A DNA stretch of 46,068 nt, from the sequence record ON470605, one strand, 5' to 3'. This document shows positions 1 through 11,444 of this stretch, one piece after another (position 1 is the first letter of the stretch; each line of letters starts with the position of its first letter). The translations under genes and the position numbers were made by a program. The stretch is from Escherichia phage vB_EcoP-720R6. The notes beneath the pieces were generated by a model. That model was not told where the DNA came from, searched no databases, and saw nothing but the letters and a program-made list of their open reading frames with translations.

Positions 1-1535
1 ATATCCAGACCTTCGCGCAGTAAGTTGATCCCTACCAATACGTCGAACTCACCCAGACGCAAGTCGCGGATAATCTCCATACGTTCGACGGTATCGATAT
101 CTGAGTGAAGATAACGCACGCGCTCACCGTGTTCTTCGAGATATTCAGTGAGATCTTCCGCCATCCGCTTGGTCAGAGTTGTAACCAGTACGCGTTCGTT
201 AATTGCCGCTCGCTGACGAATCTCCGATAGAAGATCATCCACCTGTGTCGCTACCGGACGCACTTCAATAATCGGGTCGAGTAAGCCTGTTGGACGCACA
301 ACCTGATCCACCACATCGCCACCGGATTTTTCCAGCTCGTAATTACCCGGCGTCGCCGAAACATAGATGGTTTGCGGCGCTAATGCTTCGAACTCTTCAA
401 ATTTCAGCGGGCGGTTATCCAGCGCTGATGGCAAGCGGAAGCCGTACTCCACCAGTGTCTCTTTACGCGCCCGGTCACCGCGATACATGCCGCCAATTTG
501 TGGAATGGTGACGTGAGATTCATCGACCACCAGCAGCCCATCAGCAGGCAGGTAATCAAACAGCGTCGGCGGTGGCTCACCCGGTCCACGACCGGAGAGG
601 AAGCGCGAGTAGTTCTCAATCCCCGAACAGTAGCCTAGCTCGTTCATCATCTCCAGATCAAACTGGGTACGCTGGGTCAGCCGCTGCTCTTCCAGCAGTT
701 TGTTGTTTTCCAATAGCACTTTACGTCTGGCGGCCAGCTCTTCTTTGATCTCCTCCATCGCCTGGACGATGCGCTCGCGTGGCGTGACGTAGTGCGTTTT
801 CGGGTAGATGGTAAAACGTGGAATAGTGGAAACAATCTGCCCGGTCAGCGGGTCAAATAACGACAATCGTTCCACCTCCTCGTCAAACAGCTCCACGCGA
901 AGTGCAATGTCATCCGATTCTGCCGGGAAGATATCAATCACCTCGCCACGAACACGGAAAGTACCACGCTGGAATGCTTGATCATTACGGGCATATTGCA
1001 GCTCCGCCAGTCGGCGCAGGATCGCGCGCTGATCGATAATCATACCGACCGTGAGATGGAGCATCATCTTGAGATATAAATCAGGATCGCCCAGACCATA
1101 AATCGCGGAAACAGACGCCACCACAACCACATCACGTCGCTCCAGCATCGCTTTGGTGGCGGATAAACGCATCTGTTCGATATGTTCGTTTACCGAGGCA
1201 TCTTTCTCAATAAAGGTGTCGGAACTCGGTACATAGGCCTCCGGCTGATAGTAGTCGTAGTAGGAGACGAAATATTCCACCGCGTTTTCTGGGAAGAATT
1301 CTTTCATTTCGCCATACAGCTGGGCCGCCAGCGTTTTGTTGGGCGCAAGTACCATGGTTGGGCGCTGAAGGTCAGCAATGACATTGGCAATGGTGAAGGT
1401 TTTCCCGGAGCCAGTCACGCCAAGTAACGTCTGGTGCGCCAGGCCATCTTCCAGCCCCTCTTCGAGACGTCGAATCGCCTCCGGCTGATCGCCAGAAGGT
1501 TTAAAAGCGGAATTCAGTTTGAACGGTTTACTCAT
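1..1535 (-). CDS. uvrB: Excinuclease ABC subunit B (UvrB), 5' portion; 3' end lies beyond the left window edge
   Basis: Minus-strand ATG at 1533-1535 opens a frame with no stop to position 1; translation [28 protein letters not shown]...GVTGSGKTF (Walker A) matches UvrB. Absent from ORF track because it runs off the edge. Confidence 0.93.
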
Positions 1536-1611
1536 GAGTCGCTACCTGAAGGAGTTGGGCGGGCAGGTATGTAATTTTACTCGTCGTACTTAATTATGCC
1601 AACAAATTATA

Positions 1612-1627
1612 CTGGATAAAAAAACAG
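1612..1627 (-). promoter_or_regulatory. LexA (SOS) box upstream of uvrB
   Basis: Plus-strand CTGGATAAAAAAACAG = CTGTTTTTTTATCCAG on the uvrB strand, a CTGT-N8-ACAG class site about 75 bp upstream of the uvrB ATG. Confidence 0.7.
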
Positions 1628-2113
1628 TTCATCACCATAATATTTCTGTTACAGCGTAAACTCCGCTGTCAATCATGAACAAGATTTACTCTGCGGCGAG
1701 ATAAAACTCCGGCCTTACCGGGTTATCCCCAAAGCAACGGCTTTTTTAACATTTGTCAAGATGATTGATGACAGTTTTATGGCAAGAGATGCCTGTTCAG
1801 TGACTGCCATTGCAATTATCTAACCTGTTAAAAAATAAAAGATATTTCTTTGAGCTGTCTTTAACGCCAATTCGCGTGCAAGCCGCGTATTCTCTCGCTT
1901 GCCTCGTGTTTTCTAACTCTAATACACATGGTTATCCACAGGAATAGTGGATAACTGTCTGCAGCCCCTATCCCCCGCCGCCTGGGCAATTCCCACATTC
2001 ACCGCATGATGCGGAGGTAAAATTTTTTTCGTGATTTTTTTAGAATTTAATTGGTTAAATTGCAGTCAATCGGAGACACGATCTCGCTCGCAATTTAACC
2101 AATTACAGGATGA

Positions 2114-2791
2114 CTACATTAAGGCAAGATTGATGTACTTTCCGGTTGCCGCATTTTCTGGATTTTCTGCAAGCCAGGGAATTTCGCCCAGCAGCGGCGC
2201 GGGAATCATGCGGGTGAGCGTGGTCATATATTCAGCGTGACGTTTTCCCGGAGGCGTGACATCGTTCGCCACCCACCCCGCCAGAGTCAGTCCGGCGTGT
2301 AGTATTGCCTGCGCAGTCAACATCGCGTGATTAATACAGCCGAGTTTCACGCCCACAACCAGTATCACTGGCAGTTGTTCCTGTGTTACCCAATCCGCAA
2401 AAGTGAAAGTGTCAGAAAGCGGCGTAAACCAGCCGCCAGCACCTTCCACTAACACCCAGTCAGCCTGTTGTTCAAGCGCGCGTAATCCGGCGCTCATTAC
2501 CAATGCTTCTATCGGCCTGCCCTCTTGCGCGCTGATGATATGCGGCGAGGTGGGTTCTGCGAAGGTGTAAGGATTTACCGTTGCGTAATCCAGCTGCAGG
2601 CTACTGTTGCGCTGTAACGCCAGCGCGTCACTATTACGTAAGCCTTTCGGGGTCTTTTCGCTGCCAGAGGCCACCGGTTTGTAACCTGCCGTCCGGTAGC
2701 CTGCTGCCTTTGCGGCTTGTAAAAGCGCGCAGCTGGCGACAGTTTTCCCCACTTCGGTATCCGTTCCGGTGACAAAATAACATTTACTCAC
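2114..2791 (-). CDS. bioD: Dethiobiotin synthetase
   Basis: ORF-track frame 2114..2797 begins with TTG; likely true start is GTG at 2789-2791 giving [17 protein letters not shown] (P-loop). Last gene of the bioBFCD operon. Confidence 0.88.
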   Translation of the reverse strand: MSKCYFVTGTDTEVGKTVASCALLQAAKAAGYRTAGYKPVASGSEKTPKGLRNSDALALQRNSSLQLDYATVNPYTFAEPTSPHIISAQEGRPIEALVMSAGLRALEQQADWVLVEGAGGWFTPLSDTFTFADWVTQEQLPVILVVGVKLGCINHAMLTAQAILHAGLTLAGWVANDVTPPGKRHAEYMTTLTRMIPAPLLGEIPWLAENPENAATGKYINLALM

Positions 2792-3539
2792 GAGCAATCA
2801 CTCCCAAAAAAAGATGATACGTCAGAGGATATCGCCCCTGTTGTTGCGGCCAGGCCAGTTGCAATCGCTGCAACTGCGAACGCGTTAATATTCGCGGGTC
2901 ACGCCCTTCATGAAGATGCGTGGCACCGATGCCTTTCAGCGAACGCATGGCACTGAGCGCATCATCAAACCACAGCGTGATGGGCTGAATATAATGTTGA
3001 TAATGCACGGCGTTTAGCGACTGTTCGATTTCATCTGGCGGTAAAAAGCGATTAGCATGCGGACGCTCGTCCACCGCCTGCCACGCCTGATGCAGTTCGG
3101 GTAACGATCCCTGCACCAGCGTGGTAAACGCGACCACGCCTCCGGGGCGCACCACCCGATACAGCTCGCGGAGTGCCGTGGATAAATTACCGCACCACTG
3201 CACCGCGAGATTGCTCCATGCAAGATCGAACGTCGCAGTCGCTAACGGCAGGGATTCGATATCTCCCGCCAGATAATGGTCTGCGGCATCCTTCTGGCGT
3301 GCCTGAACAAGCATTGGCGGAGAGAGATCTAACGCAGTCACCTGCGCGTGACGCTCTCGCCAGCGGCGGCTCATCCAGCCTGGTCCACAACCCGCATCCA
3401 GTACGCGGGTGTATTTACGCTGTGGGAGCATTGCCAGTAAGGCGTCAGCACTCTGGCGCTGTAGATCGGCGTGTTGCTCATAGTGTGCGGCTGCCCGTCC
3501 AAATGCCGCAGCAATGGCTTGTTTATTAACCGTTGCCAT
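2784..3539 (-). CDS. bioC: Malonyl-ACP O-methyltransferase
   Basis: Internal ATG at 3537-3539 of ORF 2784..3578 gives [28 protein letters not shown]; SAM-binding motif LDAGCGPG. Confidence 0.88.
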   Translation of the reverse strand: MATVNKQAIAAAFGRAAAHYEQHADLQRQSADALLAMLPQRKYTRVLDAGCGPGWMSRRWRERHAQVTALDLSPPMLVQARQKDAADHYLAGDIESLPLATATFDLAWSNLAVQWCGNLSTALRELYRVVRPGGVVAFTTLVQGSLPELHQAWQAVDERPHANRFLPPDEIEQSLNAVHYQHYIQPITLWFDDALSAMRSLKGIGATHLHEGRDPRILTRSQLQRLQLAWPQQQGRYPLTYHLFLGVIARE

Positions 3540-4680
3540 GCAGCACCTCCAGCAGACGGTCGATATCCTGCATTTCATGCGCTGCGGTTAGCGTTAAGCG
3601 CAGTCGCGCAGTACCAGCGGGTACGGTTGGCGGGCGAATTGCCGTGACCCAACAGCCTTGCTGGCGCAGTTTTTCTGCCAGTTGTAACGCACGGCTGTTA
3701 TCACCGACGATCAATGGCTGGATGGCGCTCCATGAATCAGCAAGCGTAAACGGCAAATCCTGCACTCCGGCACGAAAACGCGTTATGAGTGCCGCCAGTT
3801 TTTCGCGCCGTGCATCCCCCTCATCACTGCGAATGACCGCCAGCGACGCACGTAATGCCTGCGCCTGAGCGGGCGGCATACTGGTGCTGTAGATAAGATG
3901 GCGAGCGAATTGCAGCAGATAATCCGCCACCGTATTGGAGCAAAGCACCGCTGCCCCGCTGACGCCAAATCCTTTGCCAAACGTCACCACCAGCAATTCT
4001 GGTTTTACCTTTTGCAGCCAGCAGCTGCCACGCCCCTGCTCCCCGATAACGCCCGTGCCGTGGGCGTCATCGACCATCAACCAGCCATCGTGCTGTTGCG
4101 TTACCTGCTGGATTTCCTCCAGTGGCGCACTATCGCCGTCCATGCTGAACACGCCTTCTGTCACTACCAGTTGCTGCCCCGGACAGGGGGAAGCAAGCAG
4201 TCGCGCCAGATGAGTGACATCGTTATGAGCAAAACGGCGAAGCGGCGACGGGCTTAAACTTGCAGCCTCCAGCAATGAGGCATGGCTAAGCCGGTCGGCA
4301 ACAATACGGTCCTCTTTCGCCATCATCGCGGCAATGACTGCCTGATTAGCAGCAAAACCAGAGATAAACAGCAGTGCCCGCGAATAGCCCAGCCACTCGG
4401 CCAGTTCTTCTTCCAGCGCCTGATGCGCCACGCTATAACCGCTGACGTGACCGGAGCCGCCGCTACCGATGCCAAATTGCTCCGCACCCTGCTTCCAGGC
4501 ACGGATAATTTGCGGATGATGGCTTAAACCTAAATAATCGTTACTGGAAAAGTTCAGATACTGGCGATCATCCACCACCAGCCAGCGTCCGGCTCCTTGC
4601 GCCACCGGATAACGGCGACGCAGGGCATCGGCAGCACGCCGCGCATCGAGCGCCGCGTTGATTTTCTCCTGCCAGCTCAT
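3526..4680 (-). CDS. bioF: 8-amino-7-oxononanoate synthase
   Basis: 384 aa, [26 protein letters not shown]..., PLP-dependent class II aminotransferase architecture; overlaps bioB and bioC as in the bio operon. Confidence 0.92.
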   Translation of the reverse strand: MSWQEKINAALDARRAADALRRRYPVAQGAGRWLVVDDRQYLNFSSNDYLGLSHHPQIIRAWKQGAEQFGIGSGGSGHVSGYSVAHQALEEELAEWLGYSRALLFISGFAANQAVIAAMMAKEDRIVADRLSHASLLEAASLSPSPLRRFAHNDVTHLARLLASPCPGQQLVVTEGVFSMDGDSAPLEEIQQVTQQHDGWLMVDDAHGTGVIGEQGRGSCWLQKVKPELLVVTFGKGFGVSGAAVLCSNTVADYLLQFARHLIYSTSMPPAQAQALRASLAVIRSDEGDARREKLAALITRFRAGVQDLPFTLADSWSAIQPLIVGDNSRALQLAEKLRQQGCWVTAIRPPTVPAGTARLRLTLTAAHEMQDIDRLLEVLHGNG

Positions 4681-5717
4681 AGTGCTGCCGCGTTGTAATA
4701 TTCGTCAGTGTCCGGGGTCATCAGCGCCTGCTCCAGACGCTGCTGTTGTTCGTTATCGCCCGCCAGCACGGCAGTTTGCTGCGGATTTAGCCCCAGTTTG
4801 CGGAACAGTTGCAGGTCTTTATCTTCTTCCGGATTCGGCGTGGTCAGCAGTTTGCAACCGTAGAAAATCGAGTTTGCGCCAGCCATAAAGCACATCGCCT
4901 GAGTCTGTTCGTTCATCTGCTCGCGTCCGGCAGAAAGGCGTACGTAAGAGGTCGGCATCATGATCCGCGCAACTGCAATGGTGCGAATAAAATCAAAGGC
5001 ATCGACATCATCGTTATCCGCCAGCGGCGTGCCTTTCACCTTCACCAGCATGTTGATTGGTACGCTTTCCGGCGGCGTTGGCAGGTTTGCCAGTTGCAGC
5101 AATAATCCGGCGCGATCTTTTACTGTTTCGCCTAAGCCCACAATGCCGCCTGAACAGACTTTGATCCCGGCGTCGCGCACTTTTTCCAGCGTATCGAGGC
5201 GTTCCTGATAGGTACGCGTGGTGATGATATTGCCGTAAAACTCCGGCGAGGTGTCGAGGTTGTGGTTGTAGTAATCCAGCCCGGCATTCGCCAGGCGCTG
5301 CGCCTGAGATTCACTCAACGTGCCCAGCGTCATACACGCCTCCAGCCCCATCGCTTTTACCCCCTGCACCATTTGTTCCAGGTACGGCATATCGCGTTCG
5401 TGGGGATTCTTCCACGCCGCGCCCATACAGAAACGCGTCGATCCCGCCGCTTTCGCTTTGCGCGCCGACTCCAGCACCTGTTCAACTTCCATCAACCGCT
5501 CGGCTTCCAGCCCGGTTTTGTAGCGCGAGCTTTGCGGGCAATATTTGCAATCTTCCGGACAAGCTCCGGTCTTAATCGACAGCAAAGTGCTGACCTGCAC
5601 CTGACGAGGATCGAAATGCTGACGATGCACCTGCTGCGCTTCAAACAGCAGATCCAGCAACGGTTTTTCAAATAATTCTGTGACTTGCGACAATGTCCAG
5701 CGTGGGCGGTGAGCCAT
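4677..5717 (-). CDS. bioB: Biotin synthase (radical SAM)
   Basis: 346 aa, [24 protein letters not shown]..., radical-SAM cysteine motif CPEDCKYC. Confidence 0.93.
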   Translation of the reverse strand: MAHRPRWTLSQVTELFEKPLLDLLFEAQQVHRQHFDPRQVQVSTLLSIKTGACPEDCKYCPQSSRYKTGLEAERLMEVEQVLESARKAKAAGSTRFCMGAAWKNPHERDMPYLEQMVQGVKAMGLEACMTLGTLSESQAQRLANAGLDYYNHNLDTSPEFYGNIITTRTYQERLDTLEKVRDAGIKVCSGGIVGLGETVKDRAGLLLQLANLPTPPESVPINMLVKVKGTPLADNDDVDAFDFIRTIAVARIMMPTSYVRLSAGREQMNEQTQAMCFMAGANSIFYGCKLLTTPNPEEDKDLQLFRKLGLNPQQTAVLAGDNEQQQRLEQALMTPDTDEYYNAAAL

Positions 5718-5759
5718 GGGGCTTCTCCAAAACGTGTTTTTTGTTGTTAATTCGGTGTA

Positions 5760-5800
5760 GACTCGTAAACCTAAATCTTTTCAATTTGGTTTACAAGTCG
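5760..5800. promoter_or_regulatory. bio operator/promoter region (BirA binding site) between divergent bioB and bioA
   Basis: Imperfect palindrome GTAAACCTAAATCTTTTCAATTTGGTTTAC at 5765-5794, between the bioB start (5717, minus) and bioA start (5804, plus). Confidence 0.75.
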
Positions 5801-5803
5801 ATT

Positions 5804-7093
5804 ATGACAACGGACGATCTTGCCTTTGACCAACGCCATATCTGGCACCCATACACATCCATGACCTCCCCGCTGCCGGTTTATCCGGTGGCAAGCGCCG
5901 AAGGTTGCGAGCTAATTTTGTCTGACGGCAGACGCCTGGTTGACGGTATGTCGTCCTGGTGGGCGGCGATCCACGGTTACAATCACCCGCAGCTTAATGC
6001 GGCGATGAAGTCGCAAATTGATGCTATGTCGCATGTGATGTTTGGCGGTATCACCCATGCGCCCGCCATTGAGCTGTGCCGCAAATTGGTGGCAATGACG
6101 CCGCAACCACTGGAGTGCGTTTTTCTCGCGGACTCCGGCTCCGTAGCGGTAGAAGTGGCGATGAAAATGGCGTTGCAGTACTGGCAGGCCAAAGGCGAAG
6201 CGCGCCAGCGTTTTCTAACCTTCCGCAATGGTTATCATGGCGATACCTTTGGCGCGATGTCGGTGTGCGATCCGGACAACTCAATGCACAACCTGTGGAA
6301 AGGCTATCTGCCAGAAAACCTGTTTGCTCCCGCCCCGCAAAGCCGCATGGATGGCGAATGGGATGAGCGCGATATGGTGGGCTTTGCCCGCCTGATGGCG
6401 GCGCATCGTCATGAAATCGCGGCGGTGATCATTGAACCGATTGTCCAGGGCGCAGGCGGGATGCGCATGTACCATCCGGAATGGTTAAAACGAATCCGCA
6501 AAATGTGCGATCGCGAAGGTATCTTGCTGATTGCCGACGAGATCGCCACCGGATTTGGTCGTACCGGCAAACTGTTTGCCTGTGAACATGCAGAAATCGC
6601 GCCGGATATTTTGTGTCTCGGTAAAGCCTTAACCGGCGGCACAATGACCCTTTCCGCCACGCTCACCACGCGCGAGGTTGCGGAAACCATCAGTAACGGC
6701 GAAGCCGGCTGCTTTATGCATGGGCCAACTTTTATGGGCAATCCGCTGGCCTGCGCAGCAGCAAACGCCAGCCTGGCGATTCTCGAATCTGGCGACTGGC
6801 AGCATCAGGTGGCGGCTATTGAAGCGCAGCTACGCGAGCAACTTGCCCCCGCCTGTGACGCCGAAATGGTTGCCGATGTGCGCGTACTGGGGGCAATCGG
6901 CGTGGTCGAAACCTCTCGTCCGGTGAATATGGCAGCGCTGCAAAAATTCTTTGTCGAACAGGGTGTCTGGATCCGGCCTTTTGGCAAACTGATTTACCTG
7001 ATGCCGCCCTATATTATTCTCCCGCAACAGTTGCAGCGTCTGACCGCAGCGGTTAATCGTGCGGTGCAGGATGAAACATTTTTTTGCCAATAA
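5804..7093 (+). CDS. bioA: Adenosylmethionine-8-amino-7-oxononanoate aminotransferase
   Basis: ATG at 5804 inside ORF 5693..7093 gives [20 protein letters not shown]; class III PLP aminotransferase features; 429 aa. Confidence 0.93.
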   Translation: MTTDDLAFDQRHIWHPYTSMTSPLPVYPVASAEGCELILSDGRRLVDGMSSWWAAIHGYNHPQLNAAMKSQIDAMSHVMFGGITHAPAIELCRKLVAMTPQPLECVFLADSGSVAVEVAMKMALQYWQAKGEARQRFLTFRNGYHGDTFGAMSVCDPDNSMHNLWKGYLPENLFAPAPQSRMDGEWDERDMVGFARLMAAHRHEIAAVIIEPIVQGAGGMRMYHPEWLKRIRKMCDREGILLIADEIATGFGRTGKLFACEHAEIAPDILCLGKALTGGTMTLSATLTTREVAETISNGEAGCFMHGPTFMGNPLACAAANASLAILESGDWQHQVAAIEAQLREQLAPACDAEMVADVRVLGAIGVVETSRPVNMAALQKFFVEQGVWIRPFGKLIYLMPPYIILPQQLQRLTAAVNRAVQDETFFCQ

Positions 7094-7151
7094 CGGGAAG
7101 TCAGCGTGAGGGTTTCTGGCTACACTTTCTGCAAACAAGAAAGGAGGGCTC

Positions 7152-7628
7152 ATGAAACTCATCAGTAATGATTTACGCGATGGCGATAAGCTGCCGCATC
7201 GTCATGTCTTTAACGGCATGGGTTACGATGGCGATAATATTTCACCGCATCTGGCGTGGGATGATGTTCCTGTGGGAACGAAAAGTTTTGTTGTCACCTG
7301 CTACGACCCGGATGCGCCAACTGGCTCCGGCTGGTGGCACTGGGTAGTTGTTAATTTACCCGCGGATACCCGCGTATTACCGCAAGGGTTTGGATCTGGT
7401 CTGGTAGCAATGCCAGACGGCGTTTTGCAGACGCGTACCGACTTTGGTAAAACCGGATACGATGGCGCAGCGCCGCCGAAAGGCGAAACCCATCGCTACA
7501 TTTTTACCGTTCACGCGCTGGATGTAGAACGTATTGATGTCGATGAAGGTGCCAGCGGCGCGATGGTCGGGTTTAACGTTCATTTTCACTCTCTGGCGAG
7601 TGCCTCGATTACTGCGATGTTTAGTTAA
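7152..7628 (+). CDS. ybhB: PEBP-family protein YbhB
   Basis: 158 aa, MKLISNDLRDGDKLPHRHVFNGMGYDGDNISPHLAWDDVP...; RBS AAGGAGG upstream; sits between bioA and the lambda attachment site as in E. coli. Confidence 0.88.
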   Translation: MKLISNDLRDGDKLPHRHVFNGMGYDGDNISPHLAWDDVPVGTKSFVVTCYDPDAPTGSGWWHWVVVNLPADTRVLPQGFGSGLVAMPDGVLQTRTDFGKTGYDGAAPPKGETHRYIFTVHALDVERIDVDEGASGAMVGFNVHFHSLASASITAMFS

Positions 7629-7636
7629 TCACTCTG

Positions 7637-7659
7637 CCAGATGGCGCAATGCCATCTGG
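7637..7659 (+). terminator. Hairpin downstream of ybhB (possible terminator, no clear U-tract)
   Basis: CCAGATGGC-gcaat-GCCATCTGG perfect 9-bp stem immediately after the ybhB stop. Confidence 0.35.
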
Positions 7660-7718
7660 TATCACTTAAAGGTATTAAAAACAACTTTTTGTCTTTTTAC
7701 CTTCCCGTTTCGCTCAAG

Positions 7719-7733
7719 TTAGTATAAAAAAGC
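7719..7733. other. attR common core (lambda 15-bp core GCTTTTTTATACTAA, seen as reverse complement)
   Basis: TTAGTATAAAAAAGC at 7719-7733; flanked on the ybhB side by the attB B' arm sequence (AACTTGAGCGAAACGGGAAGG as reverse complement). Confidence 0.88.
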
Positions 7734-7880
7734 TGAACGAGAAACAGAAAACACTGTAAATATCAATATGTTACGAAAGATTTAGTCTAAATAATAGACT
7801 GCATAATACTACAAAACACAACATATCCAGTCACTATGAATCAACTACTTAGATAGTATTAGTGACCTGAGGCAGAGCAT
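7734..7880. promoter_or_regulatory. attR P arm (Int arm-type, IHF and Xis site region)
   Basis: Reverse complement reads CAGGTCACTAATACTATCTAAGTAGTTGATTCATAGTGACTGGATATGTTGTG...TTTCTCGTTCA, closely resembling the lambda attP P arm as recalled, with GTCACTAT arm-type repeats. Confidence 0.7.
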
Positions 7881-8177
7881 TAGCGCAAGGTGATTTTTTG
7901 TCCTCTTGCGCTAATTTTTTGTCAACGGACTGGGTTAGTTGAATTTACAACCATGCTCAGTATCTCGATAAGCGCAGAGAAATGATGCAGTGGTGGGCGG
8001 ATTGGCTTGATGAGAAGGTAGAGTGATCCGCCTTAACAACTATCGAAGCGCACAAAGCCTTGTGTGTCTCATAGGCTATGAAACAATCATTTTACATGGT
8101 TACTTCACTACTTCCGCACAATATGATATCGTTCACAATCTAAAAACATTAATAATTTATCCATTACCGCGGTTAAT

Positions 8178-8203
8178 GCCCGTCGCTTCCAACGGGCTTT
8201 TTT
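8178..8203 (+). terminator. Intrinsic terminator in P-arm-proximal region (candidate tI/sib analogue)
   Basis: GCCCGT-cgcttcca-ACGGGC followed by TTTTTT on the plus strand, the strand int transcription would continue on across att in the circular phage. Confidence 0.4.
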
Positions 8204-8352
8204 GTAAATTATATTTTTATTACCTTATATTAATATTGTGTCATCAAAAAGCATTTAAATTTTTATATTTAATTTCGTTGACGTCAATGTTTTTTGCCAA
8301 TGTACTTACTTCTTTATGTGAGCAGTTCATATTTTTGACGCCAACGAAACAT

Positions 8353-11298
8353 TTAGTGCCTCCCTTCTATTAAGTCTAACCTAGCTTTTATTCTTTCTAT
8401 TTCTCTGCGCTGCCATGCTGCCTCGATATAGAATAAGAGATCAGGTCTGACTCCCCATCTAGATCCTGCTGGCGTTATTTCAACGCGCTCAATGATGTCT
8501 TCCATTACCATCACTGGATTATCATCCTCATCAACAATGATGCTCCCGTCATTATCAGTCAGCGGCATTTCCCTTTGGCCAGTAATGACGTCATCATATA
8601 CTGCGGGATAATCGTCATAGCAAAGAAAGGCATAGCGGCATGTTGTGCTTTCTTCTTCCATGAGTCCGTGAGAAATAAGAACATCACGAAGTTGCTGCGC
8701 GATTACACCATGATGTATCCTCGCCCCTTCTTCCCCCTTTATAGCGACAGCGTTCAGCCATTTATAAGCGATATACCTGACGTCACCCCAGGCATCCAGC
8801 AATGCTTCGTCAGGAGAGACCGGCTCTGTCTTTAATGTTCCGTCACTGGTAACCACAGGATTGGAGCCAAGATAAACTGTCGAGAACCTGTTTCCCGGAC
8901 CACCAAGAGCATTTACATTATCAAGATAAGGTTTAACATCTCCGTTCTCAAAAAGATGTTCGAGTGCGTTATATACCGCGCGACGTGGAGTACTGCTTCC
9001 GGAACCATGCAACGTTATCATTGCACCATCTGCTGAAGACGTTGTTTCACCGCCGCTAACGATTAATCTCTGAGCGGTAACATCATCAGACGGTACTTTC
9101 TTCGCAATAATGGCGTAATTACCCTCAAGTTTGACTTCCGCGCGAACTTGTCCTGATGTACCGGCATGGACAGTCAGTGACTGGACGGCAACATCATCTG
9201 TGAAATCAACGGGTACAGGAACCGTCCTCACGCCTGACGTCGACATAAAAGTAGGAAGCGTTCTGTTAGGAGTGGCTCCGTAGACAAAATCCCTTGAAAC
9301 AAATTCTTCCTGTTTAATTTTCACCCTGAAACAATACAAATCAGCCGGGTGACCATCGTGAACATAAGGATATTTTCTGTTGTTATCCCCTATGCTCCAT
9401 GGGTTTAGAAAGTCTTCCCCACCGAAAATGTAGTACAGCCAGTTGTCTTTGATACAAACTGAACCAACACCAACCGCAGAGTTAACTATTCCGCCCTGAT
9501 AAATCTGATCAGTAACATTAACCCACTCTACATTATCCAGACTCCACTCATTGACGTTAACTCTGGTCATAAATGTTCTTGGATAATTTCCTGCATAACG
9601 GTTATCAGGTTCTCCTCCTTCCCACTCACCAAATGCGCGCTCACTGCCAAAAATAATCAGCTCATCGCCAACTTTGGCAAAAGGAAGGTTTGAGTGATGA
9701 ACATTATTTGGGAAGCGAAGAGAATTCCATGATGTACCTAAATCAGAGCTTCTGTGCAATGAACTACCGGGTTGAGTACTTAATGTCCCCCTGGTCGTCA
9801 GATACAGAATGCCATCATAATATTTTACACATGGCTCAGATGCATTCGCCTCATATTCTACAGGTATGCGTCTGCGAACAAAGCTACCAGGAGAACCGAA
9901 AGCATCAGAGAAATAGAGTATCCCAAGCTCGCGTGGATCAATATCACCATTATGGTAGCCAACAGCAAAACTGTTATCGCTAATCGTCGCAAAACTGTGA
10001 ATCTCAGTAACAGGAGTGCTTCCGTCAACAAAAGAAGGAATAGTTCCAAGACTGGTTTTTCTCCATGGTGACGAGTGAAATGATGTACCAAAACTCCAGT
10101 ATCTACCCTCGTTATTCTGATCCACATCCTGGGTATTTTGCGTCGTAACTGTAAAAGTATTTTTATCAATGACAGTAGTCACCGTCATATTCCCGGTAAC
10201 ACCTGTAACACCAGAGTTTGAGAAGTTGACAAAATCACCAGCAAATAATCCGTGATCAGTAATGCGAATATAAGCGACTTGCTGATTTGCTGCTTTCGTT
10301 ATACCACCATAAACGCGAAGGCTGCGACTCATTGGGCGATCCCACAACTCTGCAACCTGCAGTTTATTTCCGCTCACGGTCCGCGTCTCAATTACAGCAA
10401 AAAGGCGATTTCTGACAACCCCCATACTCATGCAGTGATAGTTAACTGTGGGATAGTTTTCATGTAAATCTGTAAGCCATTCCGGCGTTGTCCAGGTCTT
10501 CCCGTCATCTCCTGAGCGAACCCATGCAACATGGAGGTTATTTACACCATGGCGGTCTCCAGCCATAAAAGGCGCATAGATGACATTGTCATATACAAAC
10601 GTTTTATCCTGCGTCCAGGCGTTGTACCACGGTGTATCTGTAATTTTAAATAACTCTCCTTGGATAAAATCTTCAGAAGCATAAAAAAGAGGCTGACCCG
10701 GTATTCTCTCAAATAAAAAACGAGCATTTTTAAATCGACTGACATCTGGAAGAGTTGATACTTTAAAAGTAAGCCCTCGCCCATCTATCTTTTCACCACC
10801 TGTTGCAACAGAAAGTAATTCTGATAGAGCTGATGTATCATCATGAACACCATCACCAATAGCCCCCCAACCTCTTACATCATAACTGTCTCTCCATCTT
10901 GCTATCTGAAGTTTTGGGTATTTATTCGCTCCATCTGGGTCTTCTAATTGCTGTCGTAACTGATCAGGATCATACTTCAGCACATTCGGAAAATAGAACT
11001 GCTGTGTACCATACGCATCATAAACAGCCATAGAATGGCCTTGCACGGTTACGAATTTGGCAATCTGTCCGTTATATACCGGATATCCAGCAGCGTTAAT
11101 GATTATTGGTTGCGAAACAGGAATGTGAGAACCGTCTTCGTTCTCTACATAAACCTGAATCTGGTTTTCAGGATTTACCGGGTCAGTGTCAATTTTACCG
11201 ATATAAATTTTGCCATTGGCTACGGCTTTAAAAGAACGCGCCATAGTGAAGAGTTGCGAAGGCATACTCACTACAACATTGGCTGTAATGTCTGTCAT
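8353..11298 (-). CDS. Tailspike: P22 gp9-like N-terminal head-binding domain, sialidase-like body with two Asp-boxes (probable endo-N-acetylneuraminidase), C-terminal intramolecular chaperone domain
   Basis: 981 aa; N-terminus [43 protein letters not shown] resembles P22 gp9; Asp-boxes SGDDGKTW and SSDLGTSW; C-terminus YAFLCYDDY...[30 protein letters not shown] resembles the self-cleaving chaperone domain of endosialidases. Confidence 0.7.
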   Translation of the reverse strand: MTDITANVVVSMPSQLFTMARSFKAVANGKIYIGKIDTDPVNPENQIQVYVENEDGSHIPVSQPIIINAAGYPVYNGQIAKFVTVQGHSMAVYDAYGTQQFYFPNVLKYDPDQLRQQLEDPDGANKYPKLQIARWRDSYDVRGWGAIGDGVHDDTSALSELLSVATGGEKIDGRGLTFKVSTLPDVSRFKNARFLFERIPGQPLFYASEDFIQGELFKITDTPWYNAWTQDKTFVYDNVIYAPFMAGDRHGVNNLHVAWVRSGDDGKTWTTPEWLTDLHENYPTVNYHCMSMGVVRNRLFAVIETRTVSGNKLQVAELWDRPMSRSLRVYGGITKAANQQVAYIRITDHGLFAGDFVNFSNSGVTGVTGNMTVTTVIDKNTFTVTTQNTQDVDQNNEGRYWSFGTSFHSSPWRKTSLGTIPSFVDGSTPVTEIHSFATISDNSFAVGYHNGDIDPRELGILYFSDAFGSPGSFVRRRIPVEYEANASEPCVKYYDGILYLTTRGTLSTQPGSSLHRSSDLGTSWNSLRFPNNVHHSNLPFAKVGDELIIFGSERAFGEWEGGEPDNRYAGNYPRTFMTRVNVNEWSLDNVEWVNVTDQIYQGGIVNSAVGVGSVCIKDNWLYYIFGGEDFLNPWSIGDNNRKYPYVHDGHPADLYCFRVKIKQEEFVSRDFVYGATPNRTLPTFMSTSGVRTVPVPVDFTDDVAVQSLTVHAGTSGQVRAEVKLEGNYAIIAKKVPSDDVTAQRLIVSGGETTSSADGAMITLHGSGSSTPRRAVYNALEHLFENGDVKPYLDNVNALGGPGNRFSTVYLGSNPVVTSDGTLKTEPVSPDEALLDAWGDVRYIAYKWLNAVAIKGEEGARIHHGVIAQQLRDVLISHGLMEEESTTCRYAFLCYDDYPAVYDDVITGQREMPLTDNDGSIIVDEDDNPVMVMEDIIERVEITPAGSRWGVRPDLLFYIEAAWQRREIERIKARLDLIEGRH

Positions 11299-11366
11299 TT
11301 AATTTGCTCCAGATACAAGGAATCGCCGCAGCATTGCCACAGTGATGCATTATTAATCAAACAAAG

Positions 11367-11381
11367 AGACCACTGTGGTCT
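11367..11381. promoter_or_regulatory. Palindrome AGACCAC-T-GTGGTCT, candidate Mnt operator
   Basis: Perfect 7-bp inverted arms around a central T, in the 146-bp spacer between the mnt start (11445, plus) and the tailspike start (11298, minus). Confidence 0.45.
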
Positions 11382-11444
11382 TATTGAGGATGCAACCAGC
11401 AGATAATAAGATGCCGATCCACTCACAAAAGCGAGGCATCAAGA

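Noticed and set aside
290-1427. ORF-track ORFs 290..511, 404..619 and 1182..1427 inside the uvrB region
   Set aside because: They overlap or lie antisense to the continuous UvrB frame that runs off the window edge; shadow ORFs.
2031-7162. Numerous short overlapping or antisense ORFs within the bio genes (for example 3173..3529, 4809..5105, 5262..5675, 6830..7162)
   Set aside because: All lie inside or antisense to well-supported bioD/C/F/B/A frames; GC-rich shadow frames.
8023-8373. 116-aa plus-strand ORF in the AT-rich region next to attR
   Set aside because: Low-complexity AT-rich translation, no RBS, overlaps the tailspike 3' end; more likely non-coding P-arm/b-region DNA.
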